Positions 17,934 through 26,352 of a stretch of DNA of 39,063 nt are shown one piece after another. Positions within the stretch are counted from its first letter, which is position 1, and the number at the start of each line of letters is the position of its first letter. The notes beneath the pieces were generated by a model. The model ran no database searches. It saw only the letters and a program-made list of their open reading frames with translations, and was not told the origin of the DNA. A program made the position numbers and the translations under genes. The stretch is from an uncultured Acidimicrobiia bacterium (lineage in GTDB: Bacteria > Actinomycetota > Acidimicrobiia > Acidimicrobiales > SZUA-35), in assembly GCA_937890445.1 (NCBI GenBank), contig CALACD010000176.1:1-39063 (forward strand), read 5' to 3'.

Positions 17934-19328
17934 CTAGCCCTTCGTCGACTGCGACCCCGATGGATGCGTTATCGGCCCGAGACTCGCTTCGATGAGTCGA
18001 ACAGCCCGATCCGCGCCTGCTTCGGCCAACTGCTGAATCCGCGTCGTGCGCGCTCGGAACGAAGGGTCGGTGAGTACGAGCGAGATGTTGTGCTCGATCT
18101 CGACACGCCCGTCGGTCGAGGTGTCGCCGACGACACCGAGGCCGTGGAAACCGACCCTGGCACCGTTGCCGTTCTGATCCACATGCCCGGTCGAGTAGAC
18201 CACCATCGGCACCCCGAGGACGACACACTCGGCCACCGTGGTGGCGCCGCCGTGGGTGAGGCAGACATCGCTGGCGGCCAGGACGTCGAGTTGTGGCGCA
18301 TAATCGAGGACAAGGACGTTCCGAGGTGCGAGACCGAAGCGTTCGTGGCGAGCCCCGCCCCCGAGACCGATGACGAGATCCCAGTCGCCACGAACCTCGA
18401 AGACACCGAGTACCCGCTCCAACAGGTCCACGTCCAGGTTCCAGTGGGTTCCGAGCGCGCAGTACACGAGGGGGCGACCGTCCTCGCGTTCGTCATCGAA
18501 CCGTCGCCAAGCCTCTCGGGCCGCGGCACCGAGCACGGGTTCGCTCCGTTCGATTGCCACCATCGGACCGACGTGGTGCAGCAGCGGATGCGGGTCGTGC
18601 GGCAGCTCCATCTCGAGAAGACTGAAACTCAGCATCGGGAGGTTTCGGTGGGTGAACGGACGTTGCCAGTTGCCCCGATCGACCACATCCCCGAATCGAA
18701 TGCCGCGTGATCTGGCAATCTGCCGCAGGGTCGTCACGTCCATCGAGTCGTAGCGAGCGGGCCGGAACCAGTCGCCCAGAACGAAGCGGATCAAGCGTTG
18801 GCGCGCTTCGAGCCCACGTGTCCTGGCCCGGGCCGACCACCACTGTCGGCGGAGCTCGCCCGGACCGGCAACGGTCGTTGGTGAATCGAGGGGCGGCAGC
18901 CCTGGTCGGCGGAACACGGAGAAGAAGACCGTGGTCAAGAAGGTGGGGATACCCAACTTGGCGGTGGCGAAGACGGCCATGTGCATCTCGAAGTCGAGCA
19001 GGAGCACATCGGGGTCGAGCCGGGCCACGGCGACCTCGATCTCGTCGTTCTCGATGGAGGCCTGACGGATGGCGTGACGGTCGCGCAGGGCCCGTAGCCA
19101 GCGTCGAGGGTGACGAAGGGCCGTCCAGGGCACGGGATGTGATCGTTCGACGAAGTACTGATCGCCGGTGAGTCGCAGGAAGGAGAACCCCTCGGCCTCG
19201 ACGACCGAGGCGACGTCGGCCGGACTGAGGTAGACCACCTGGTGGCCGGCTTCGGTCAGCCGACGGCTCAAGGCCAGGCTGGCATTGACGGAACTCGACA
19301 TTCCATCCGTCAGGTAGGCAACCAGCAT
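17934..19328 (-). CDS. Family 1 (MGT/UDPGT-like, GT-B) glycosyltransferase
   Basis: LVYCALGT, YAPQLDVLAASDVCLTHGGATTVAECVVLGVPMVV, DQNGNG nucleotide-sugar binding signature; co-oriented immediately upstream of the large NRPS. Confidence 0.88.
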   Translation of the reverse strand: MLVAYLTDGMSSSVNASLALSRRLTEAGHQVVYLSPADVASVVEAEGFSFLRLTGDQYFVERSHPVPWTALRHPRRWLRALRDRHAIRQASIENDEIEVAVARLDPDVLLLDFEMHMAVFATAKLGIPTFLTTVFFSVFRRPGLPPLDSPTTVAGPGELRRQWWSARARTRGLEARQRLIRFVLGDWFRPARYDSMDVTTLRQIARSRGIRFGDVVDRGNWQRPFTHRNLPMLSFSLLEMELPHDPHPLLHHVGPMVAIERSEPVLGAAAREAWRRFDDEREDGRPLVYCALGTHWNLDVDLLERVLGVFEVRGDWDLVIGLGGGARHERFGLAPRNVLVLDYAPQLDVLAASDVCLTHGGATTVAECVVLGVPMVVYSTGHVDQNGNGARVGFHGLGVVGDTSTDGRVEIEHNISLVLTDPSFRARTTRIQQLAEAGADRAVRLIEASLGPITHPSGSQSTKG

Positions 19329-19528
19329 GCGTTCGGAACTGTAGTCGGGTCGGTGGGTGCCCGAAACCGTGTCGTGACCGGTCCGGGCGCAGTTCGGTCG
19401 TCGTTGCCCATCGCATCAACTCGGCACAGCCGTCGCCGGCTCACCCCCGGGGAGGGGCTGGGTTCGTTCATCGAACTCAGCTAGAGTGCCCCCATGATCG
19501 ACCGGGAGGACGTGGACACACCATCCTC

Positions 19529-20323
19529 ATGAACTGGAACGGACGCGCATCGATCATCTCGACGGGGAACGGATCGTTCTCCGCCCGCATCGACCACCAC
19601 TGGCTCGCCCTGAAGGGGCTCCACGGCGGAATCGTCGCCGCACTGGTCGTGGAAGCAACCGATGCGGTGCTTGCCGATCACGGTGTCGACGGCGACTTCG
19701 TGCTGCGGGCCGCCACGTTCGGCTACCTCAGCACCAACGACATCGGCGAATCCATCATCGAGATCGACATCGTCCGGCGCGGCCGCAGCATGATCGCCAC
19801 CCACGCCCGGGTCGTGCAGAACGGAGCGATCACCACCGTCGCCCGCCTCCACCATTCGAGGCCTCGCAGCGGCCTGGAGTTCAGCGATGCTCCACCCCCG
19901 ATGAGCAAGCCGAACAACGCCGTGCGACTCGATCGCCCCACTCCCAATCATTTCCGCAACGTCGAGGCACATCTTCACCCCGACACCACCATGTTCGGCG
20001 ACGCTGAGCGGGCTGAGTGGATTGCGTGGGCTCGACCGCTCGACACCGACTCCTTCGACAGCTCGTGGCTCACCATGTACGGCGACTTCTACCCACCGGC
20101 AGTGTTCGCGAAGCTCGATGCACCCACCCCGGCGGTGACCATCGAGTACTCGATCCAGATCCACGATCACGCCCGCCAATGGACGTTGGCTTCCGACGAA
20201 CACCTCGCCACGCGGATGCACACTTTTCACTCCCACGATGGCTTGGCGGTCGAGGACGGCTCGGTCCACCAACCCGACGGCACCCTGCTCGCCACGTTCC
20301 GCCAGACCCGCCTCTCGGGCTGA
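19529..20323 (+). CDS. Acyl-CoA thioesterase family protein (double hot-dog, TesB-like)
   Basis: W...GLHGG, DIVRRGRS, TIEYSIQIH, EDGSVHQPDGTLLATFRQTR patterns. Confidence 0.8.
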   Translation: MNWNGRASIISTGNGSFSARIDHHWLALKGLHGGIVAALVVEATDAVLADHGVDGDFVLRAATFGYLSTNDIGESIIEIDIVRRGRSMIATHARVVQNGAITTVARLHHSRPRSGLEFSDAPPPMSKPNNAVRLDRPTPNHFRNVEAHLHPDTTMFGDAERAEWIAWARPLDTDSFDSSWLTMYGDFYPPAVFAKLDAPTPAVTIEYSIQIHDHARQWTLASDEHLATRMHTFHSHDGLAVEDGSVHQPDGTLLATFRQTRLSG

Positions 20324-20379
20324 GGTCGGTGAGGGTGTCGCCTGTGGCGACGGCACGAGTACTGCTGACCGATCCGACT

Positions 20380-20798
20380 TCAGGCAGGTCCCCCCTGGTC
20401 ATCGGGCATGGCGATGGTACTGAGAATTCGTCGGCGTCTTCGTCGGTGAGCCAGAGGGCTGTTTGGCGGTAGCCGACGCGATCTCGCCCCAGGGCGGGCT
20501 CGCCGTGGTCCAGGTAGGTGGCGAAGTCGGTGAGGAGGGTCCCGGCGAAGGTGGCGAAGTGGCGGAAGTGGTCATCGGCTGTTGCCGACTCCAGCTCGCT
20601 GTCGCCGAGAGCCAGTGACGCGGTCACGACTCGGTAGGTGCGTTCGACGGTTCCACGGATGGATCGTTCCTCCGTGACCTCGAGCAGCCCACCGTCGGCA
20701 AGGTGCTTGATGTGCCGGTACAGCGTCGCCTGTGCCACATCTCCCAGCCGTTCCTTCGATTCGAGAGGCGTCATGGGGCTGGACACCAGGGCCTGCAA
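20380..20798 (-). pseudogene. ArsR/HTH_20-type regulator remnant
   Basis: GDVAQATLYRHIKHLADGGLLEV...RGTVERTYR...DRVGYRQTALWLTDEDADEF. The N-terminal helix is missing, and the frame switches near 20425 to a C-terminal-like LSTIAMPDDQGGPA* (TGA 20382-20380). Confidence 0.65.
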
Positions 20799-20799
20799 G

Positions 20800-21223
20800 G
20801 GACTACCTGTCCGCCGGCTTTCACGACAACGTCGATGATGCCCTGGCCGCGCTCGGGGCGCTGCGGGTCCGACCCGAGGTGGACCCGGACCGGGTCGTTG
20901 TCATCGACCACAGTGAGGGGTGCTCATCGCCTCCGCACTCGCCTCGGACGAGCAACTCGCCGGTGTGGTCCTGCTCGCCGGCGCAGCCGCCAACGGCAAG
21001 GACGTCCTGCGATGGCAGGCACGACACGTCGCCGACACCGTTCACCGGTCATCGGGTCGACGACGTCACGCATCTGTTGCGAACCGAGCTGGGGACTGCC
21101 TCGGTCCGGACCTACAAGAAGCAGGGACGCGAGCCGATCGATCAACGAGTCACCGCACTCCTCGTCGACTGGGTGACCACCCGTACGCAAGCCGAGAACG
21201 GAGCCGGCGATGGCAACCCATGA
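20800..21223 (+). pseudogene. Alpha/beta hydrolase (S33-like) remnant
   Basis: GFHDNVDDALAAL...PEVDPDRVVVIDHSEG (GHSEG altered); frameshift ~20920 to LIASALA...VVLLAG; jump ~21040 to DVTHLLR...YKKQ...VDWV. No N-terminus and no catalytic Asp segment. Confidence 0.7.
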
Positions 21224-21334
21224 CGACGAAGTGGGGACCCCTCGAGCCGGACGCACGATCGACTTCGAAGGCGGCGGCATCGACAACACCTGACACTGCC
21301 GACTCGCCAGACCTGCACCTCGCCCAGCCGGTTC

Positions 21335-21378
21335 TTGACCGTTCGCGAAGGTGCTCCTAACGTGCAACCATATGGTTG
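21335..21378 (+). promoter_or_regulatory. Sigma70-type promoter and palindromic operator over the ArsR start
   Basis: TTGACC (21335-21340), 17 nt, TAACGT (21358-21363); perfect palindrome CAACCATATGGTTG (21365-21378) covering ATG 21372. Confidence 0.7.
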
Positions 21379-21719
21379 TACGTAACGCGATCGGACTGAG
21401 CGATGACGAGGTGAACCGGATCTTCCGGGCACTGGCCGACTCGACGCGCCGTGACATCGTCCGGCGCACGCTCGGCCGTGAGGCTTCGGTCTCGGAGCTG
21501 GCGGGCGCCTACGACATGTCGTTTGCGGCGGTCCAGAAGCATGTCGCGGTGTTGGAGGGGGCCGGTCTGGTGACCAAACACCCGAACGGCCGCGAGCGGA
21601 TCGTCCGCGGTAACCCTGACGCCATCGGGCGCGCCCAAGGTCTGCTCGACCGGTACGAACAGATCTGGCGCTCACGCATCGATCGTCTCGACGATCTTCT
21701 CGCCGAGACCGACGAGTAA
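21372..21719 (+). CDS. ArsR/SmtB family transcriptional regulator
   Basis: IFRALADSTRRDIV...SVSELAGAYDMSFAAVQKHVAVLEGAGLV...GRER. Confidence 0.9.
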   Translation: MVVRNAIGLSDDEVNRIFRALADSTRRDIVRRTLGREASVSELAGAYDMSFAAVQKHVAVLEGAGLVTKHPNGRERIVRGNPDAIGRAQGLLDRYEQIWRSRIDRLDDLLAETDE

Positions 21720-21751
21720 CAGCCCGACGACCCCGACAGAGGGACCTCACC

Positions 21752-22738
21752 ATGCCCATCACCTCGGTCGAGAAGAACCTCGATGCCCTGACCATGACCG
21801 TCGTCGCCGACTTCGCCGCCAGCCGCGAACGATTGTGGGAGGCGTACACCGATCCTCGCCAGATCGAGAGATTCTGGGGGCCGGCCGAGTGGCCGGCCAC
21901 GTTCACCCGCCACGACGTCTTCGTCGGTGGACGATCCGACTATTTCATGACGGGACCGGACGGAGAACGATCCGCCGGGTTCTGGGAGTTCCTCGCCGTG
22001 GACGACGGCAGGTTCTTCGAGGTCCGCGACGGGTTCGCCGGCGACGACGGCAACGAGAACACGGCCATGCCATCGATGCGCATGACCTTCTCCTTCGAGG
22101 ACACAAACAGCGGTTCGCGTCTGATCACCACCACCCACTTCGGCTCGCTCGAACAGCTCGAGCAGCTTCTCGGCATGGGGATGGAAGAGGGTATGGCGTC
22201 GGCAATGGGTCAGATCGACCAGGTGCTCGCTGATCTGGCGTCCTTCGCGATTGGAGTCGGCACCGAAGTCCACGTCCTGTCCGACACGCAGGTGCGAATC
22301 TCGCGCATCGTCCGCGGCACCATCGAACACGTGTGGCGAGCCCACCACGACCCAGCGCTGTTGACGCAGTGGATGCTCGGCCCTGACGGTTGGGCCATGC
22401 CGGTATGCGAGGCGGCGACCGGCGTGGGTGGCGTCTACCGCTACGAGTGGGAGCCCGACGACGCGTCCGCAGACGGCGTGGCCGGACGTTTCGGCTTCGA
22501 GGGAGAGCTCGTCGCGTCCGATCCGCCGCATCGGGCCGTCACGACGGAACGCATGATCGGGGTCGAGGGCTCGGGGACCACGAACGAGATGACCCTCACA
22601 CCGCGCATCGCCGGCACACTCCTGACTCTCGTCATCACCTACCCGAGCGCCGAAGTCCGCGACATTGTGCTCGAAACGGGCATGGTCGACGGGATGGAAA
22701 CCAGCTACGCCCGCCTGGAGTCCGTGCTCGCTCGATGA
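21752..22738 (+). CDS. Tandem SRPBCC/AHSA1 domain protein
   Basis: Two repeats (WEAYTDPRQIERFWGP; WRAHHDPALLTQWMLGP), each ending in GMxxGM; typical partner of ArsR. Confidence 0.87.
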   Translation: MPITSVEKNLDALTMTVVADFAASRERLWEAYTDPRQIERFWGPAEWPATFTRHDVFVGGRSDYFMTGPDGERSAGFWEFLAVDDGRFFEVRDGFAGDDGNENTAMPSMRMTFSFEDTNSGSRLITTTHFGSLEQLEQLLGMGMEEGMASAMGQIDQVLADLASFAIGVGTEVHVLSDTQVRISRIVRGTIEHVWRAHHDPALLTQWMLGPDGWAMPVCEAATGVGGVYRYEWEPDDASADGVAGRFGFEGELVASDPPHRAVTTERMIGVEGSGTTNEMTLTPRIAGTLLTLVITYPSAEVRDIVLETGMVDGMETSYARLESVLAR

Positions 22739-22970
22739 TGCAGATGACGCCGTCGGCGTGATCGCCGCCGCGGTCACGGGCTTGCTTGCGAAGACCTGCT
22801 GAGCGGGATCGAGAAGAACCGTGACGAGATCGCAGCCGGCCAATCGATCCGACTGAAGTGGCTGAGCCGGTTCGCATCACACTTCATCTTCGGTCCGTTG
22901 AACTGCGGCGTGCACCCCAAGAGCTGACGGATGCGGCGACGGTCGCGTGATGCCGTCAAGACGACGTCGC

Positions 22971-24419
22971 TCAGGATTCGGGGGTGAGCGCCGGCGTCGG
23001 TGTGGTCGGGGCGACGGGCGCACGCTGTTTGCCGAGTGCGGGTTGGGCGAGGCCGATGACAGCGGTGATCAGTGCGAGGGAGGCGATCATGATCCAACCT
23101 CGCTCGTGGGCCGAGACAAGCTCGCCGGGGGTTTCCGGCGACCCGATGAACGCCACGAGAAGGGCGATTCCGAGCACGGCTCCGACCTGGCGGAAGGTGT
23201 TGTTGACCGCACCGCCGATCGACAGGCGAAGCGGAGGGAGTTCGGCGACGGAGGCTGCTGAGTTGACCGGTATGAAACAGGCGATGCCGACGGCGACCAC
23301 CTCACCGACCATGACGAAGGTGACTGGGGTGCGGTCGCCATCGAGGAGAAGAACGAACCCGAAGGTGGCGATTGCGACGATGAGGGGTCCGGCAACGACG
23401 AACGGTCGGAACCCAATGCGTGCCGCGGAGCGGCCGGTGAACGGGGCCAGTATGGCAACAGTCACCGGGGGGAGGGCGGTGAGGAGGCCGGCGGTGAGGA
23501 CGGGGTAGCCCCACGCTTGGCGAAGGAACAAGACGTTGTTGAGTGAGTAGGCAGCGAACGCGGCCATGAACACCATGGCCGATGTGTTCGCAACGCTGAA
23601 CGAGCGGCTGTTGAACAGCGTGAGGTCGAGCACCGGTTCGGGGTGGCGGTGCTGGCGCCGAATGAACAGGGGAATGGCAACGACGCCGGCTGCGATCGCA
23701 GCGAGCGTGCGTGCATCAGCCCAGCCCCACACTTCGGAGCGGGAGATGCCAAGCGCCAGACAGGCCAGGGCGACGGTGACGAGGAGGGCACCTCCGTAGT
23801 CGGGCCGGTGGTCGCTGTTCACCTTCGCGGTTTCCGAGAGAACCCGGCGACTGGCGAGGAGCATGCCGGCGATGATCGGCAGATTGATCCAGAAGGCGGC
23901 TCTCCAATCGGTGAGATAGATCGCCAACGCCCCGATACTCGGTCCGCTCGCAATGCCGAGTGCGCCGATCCCGCCCCACATGGCAACGGTCTGCGTGCGA
24001 CGTTCCGACGGGAAGGCGGCGAGCAGCAGGCCGAGTGATGCGGGTGCGAGCATGGCGCCGCCGATTCCCTGGATCGCGCGACCGAAGATGAGTACGCCGA
24101 GCCCGGGCGCCGCCGCACCGACGGCTGACCCGGCCGCGAAGATCGCCAGACCAGCCAGGAACATGCGCCGCCGACCGAGTTGGTCCGCCGCCTTGCCGGT
24201 CACGACGAGGAGAGAACCATAGAAGATGTTGTAGATCGTGACGATCCACGACGCGTCGGCTCGGCTGATGTCGAACTCGGCGAGGATGTCGGGAAACGCC
24301 ACGTTGACGATCGAGAGGTCGAGCGTGGTGAGGTAGAGGGCGAGGGCGCAAACGGTGAAGGTCACCCAAGGCGAGCGGGCGGGTGGAGTCTCGAGTCGGC
24401 GATGCGCGGGTTCCGGCAT
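22971..24419 (-). CDS. DHA2 (EmrB/QacA) MFS efflux transporter
   Basis: LDLSIVNVAFP, WIVTIY, GKAADQLGRRR, GRAIQGIGGA, WRAAFWINLP, RQVGAVLG; start ATG 24419. Confidence 0.9.
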   Translation of the reverse strand: MPEPAHRRLETPPARSPWVTFTVCALALYLTTLDLSIVNVAFPDILAEFDISRADASWIVTIYNIFYGSLLVVTGKAADQLGRRRMFLAGLAIFAAGSAVGAAAPGLGVLIFGRAIQGIGGAMLAPASLGLLLAAFPSERRTQTVAMWGGIGALGIASGPSIGALAIYLTDWRAAFWINLPIIAGMLLASRRVLSETAKVNSDHRPDYGGALLVTVALACLALGISRSEVWGWADARTLAAIAAGVVAIPLFIRRQHRHPEPVLDLTLFNSRSFSVANTSAMVFMAAFAAYSLNNVLFLRQAWGYPVLTAGLLTALPPVTVAILAPFTGRSAARIGFRPFVVAGPLIVAIATFGFVLLLDGDRTPVTFVMVGEVVAVGIACFIPVNSAASVAELPPLRLSIGGAVNNTFRQVGAVLGIALLVAFIGSPETPGELVSAHERGWIMIASLALITAVIGLAQPALGKQRAPVAPTTPTPALTPES

Positions 24420-24514
24420 GGGTCGAGTGGAACACAGGGTTTTCCAACAGTCAACAAGATAAAGCAAAGTCACTGATCCAGATTCCGGTTGCAAATGGTT
24501 GTAGGGTGAGGCTC

Positions 24515-25159
24515 GTGAGCAAGCGGACGTACCGGCAGTACTGTGGCCTGGCCGCTGCCCTGGATGTCGTCGGGCAGCGATGGGCTTTGTTGATCGTGCG
24601 CGACCTGATTCCCGGTCCGCGTCGGTTCACCGATCTGTTCGACGGTCTCCCCGGGATCTCCACAGATCTGCTCGCTGACCGGCTCCGCTCACTCGAAGCC
24701 GCTGGCGCCGTGCATCAACGCGAGGTCCGTACTCCGGCACCGGCCAACCTGTACGAGCTCACCGAGCGAGGTAGGGAACTCGCCCGCATGGCCGGAGACC
24801 TGGCCCGATGGGGCGGACCGCTCCTGCCGCCCGTCGACGCAGCCGGAGATCGCGTCGTCAACGCTCGCTGGACACTCACCCAGCGAGCAGGTCGCTACCG
24901 AGGCGGGTTCCCCGATGGTGACGTTCACATCCTGCTCGACCAGCGAGATGAGCTGACGCTGTCGTTCGGCGGGGACCGGGCGCGTTTGGCCTACGGCCAC
25001 CAGTCGGCCGATCCGATCATGGTCATCGAGGCCACCACGACGGCGATGCTCGCGCTTGTTCGCGGCACCCCCGAAGACTCCGCCGATCTTGGCGACGACG
25101 TGATTGTTGCGGGCCGAACCGATCTTCTGCGACAGCTCTTCCACGCACTCAACTCCTGA
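24515..25159 (+). CDS. HxlR family winged-helix regulator with C-terminal SCP2-like extension
   Basis: YRQYCGLAAALDVVGQRWALLIVRDL...GPRRFTDL...GISTDLLADRLRSLE...YELTERG; start GTG 24515; divergent from the MFS gene. Confidence 0.87.
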   Translation: MSKRTYRQYCGLAAALDVVGQRWALLIVRDLIPGPRRFTDLFDGLPGISTDLLADRLRSLEAAGAVHQREVRTPAPANLYELTERGRELARMAGDLARWGGPLLPPVDAAGDRVVNARWTLTQRAGRYRGGFPDGDVHILLDQRDELTLSFGGDRARLAYGHQSADPIMVIEATTTAMLALVRGTPEDSADLGDDVIVAGRTDLLRQLFHALNS

Positions 25160-25723
25160 AGCTGCGGGCGTTCTGCCTCAGACTCGTCGGGCGCCCTCCG
25201 GCCGCGTCCGACCCTCTCTGGTTCAGGTTGCTCTGGTTCAGGTTGCTCTGGTTCAGGTTGCTCTGGTCGAGGTTGCTCTGGACGCGTGGGGTTTGACCTG
25301 GCCCTGGCTCCGCGGGGGCATCGTCTGATTCTGGAGATCACCAAGACGCCGGCGATCGCTGCGAACAGGCCGAAAGCGGCGACAGCGGCGTCACCCTTGG
25401 CCGATCCGTAGCCGAACCACAGCACACCCTCGGCCAACGTGAGGCGCCAGGTGACAATCGACGCTCCGAGGAGATCGCTCGATCGGTACGCAGTCCAGAT
25501 CGACGGCGCCACCTGGACGATGGATGTGAAGGCCAGGACAGTTCCGACGCCGCCGAGGCCAGCAGTGAGACGCGGTCCAGACCCCGGTGCTGACCGCACC
25601 GAGCATCGCCCACACCGGAGAGACCCCCGCTGCCGATCCGACACGGATCATCCTCACCGTCTGCGGCAGCACCGCGATGGCAGTGACCGCGAGCGCTGCG
25701 GCACCAACGAATTCGACGACCAC
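24991..25723 (-). pseudogene. PQ-loop/SemiSWEET-like membrane protein, frameshifted
   Basis: First frame AVLPQTVRMIRVGSAAGVS...VWTA switches near 25570 to QVAPSIWTAYRSSDLLGASIVTW...LWFGYG; middle helices appear missing; tail reads through a repeat into the convergent HxlR gene. Confidence 0.55.
25216..25281. repeat. 15-bp tandem repeat x4.4
   Basis: ctctggttcaggttg x3, ctctggtcgaggttg, ctctgg; encodes (PEQPE)n on the minus strand. Confidence 0.9.
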
Positions 25724-25749
25724 GTCGCAGGCGAGATCTCGGGAGGACC

Positions 25750-26155
25750 GGCCGAGATCAAGGTTCTCTCGAATGGCGACCTGGTCACCGTGGCGGACGG
25801 CTGGTTCGAAGTCTTCCGATCAGCCCCGAATCCTGTAGCGGTCTGCGAGGTGTTGAACGAGATGCTGGGCGTTGCCCGCCCGGCCATCAGCGCTGCGCAC
25901 GATGGTTCGAACGTCACGGTCTTCGTCGGCTTCGCCGACTCGGCAACAGCTGTCGAGCGAGTCTCTGCCCGCGGTGCAATGGCGCTGCTCGATGTCGTTG
26001 CCGACATCGGAGTCGGACGGATCGGGCTGTGTGCCGCAGCGCACTGCGTCGACGTCTACATCGACCGGTCCCCGAGGTGAAACAGGCGCTACTGCTCGCA
26101 GCTCTGCCAGACCCGGGAACGCGTGCAACGCCACCGCAGTCGAACCCGTTCCTAG
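25750..26155 (+). pseudogene. CGNR zinc-finger (ABATE) protein remnant with in-frame TGA
   Basis: ...RIGLCAAAHCVDVYIDRSPR, TGA 26078-26080, then same frame NRRYCSQLCQTRERVQRHR..TAG 26155; no credible 5' start. Left boundary approximate. Confidence 0.7.
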
Positions 26156-26305
26156 GAAGACAGCATTGCGGGGGGACGTCTACGACGATCTCGGGCTGGG
26201 TCATCGAGAGTCTGCCGGTGATCGTCGTCTTCCGGAGACGAGGAACGTCGACGGACTGAGCTTCACGCTGCCGTAACAGAGCCGAACCATTGCCGAGACA
26301 TTGGC

Positions 26306-26329
26306 TTGGTATACCGACCGGTGTACCAA
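26306..26329. promoter_or_regulatory. Putative GntR/FadR-type operator
   Basis: TTGGTATACC-gacc-GGTGTACCAA inverted repeat (9/10 match); each half contains a GGTRTACC quasi-palindrome; 23 nt upstream of the operon's first ATG. Confidence 0.6.
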
Positions 26330-26352
26330 TAGTTCTGACCAAGCGAGGCGCC

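Noticed and set aside
17896-18228. N-terminal extension of the 3007 aa NRPS ORF
   Set aside because: Overlaps the glycosyltransferase in another frame and is Arg-rich off-frame sequence.
22739-22970. Short ORFs or terminator between SRPBCC and MFS genes
   Set aside because: No recognisable protein motif and no clear hairpin with U-tract.
25216-25281. Repeat array as a CRISPR candidate
   Set aside because: Contiguous 15-bp units without spacers and no cas genes.
26078-26080. Selenocysteine or alternative-code readthrough of TGA
   Set aside because: Not at a Cys position, gene is also 5'-truncated, and TGA is the normal stop across the window.
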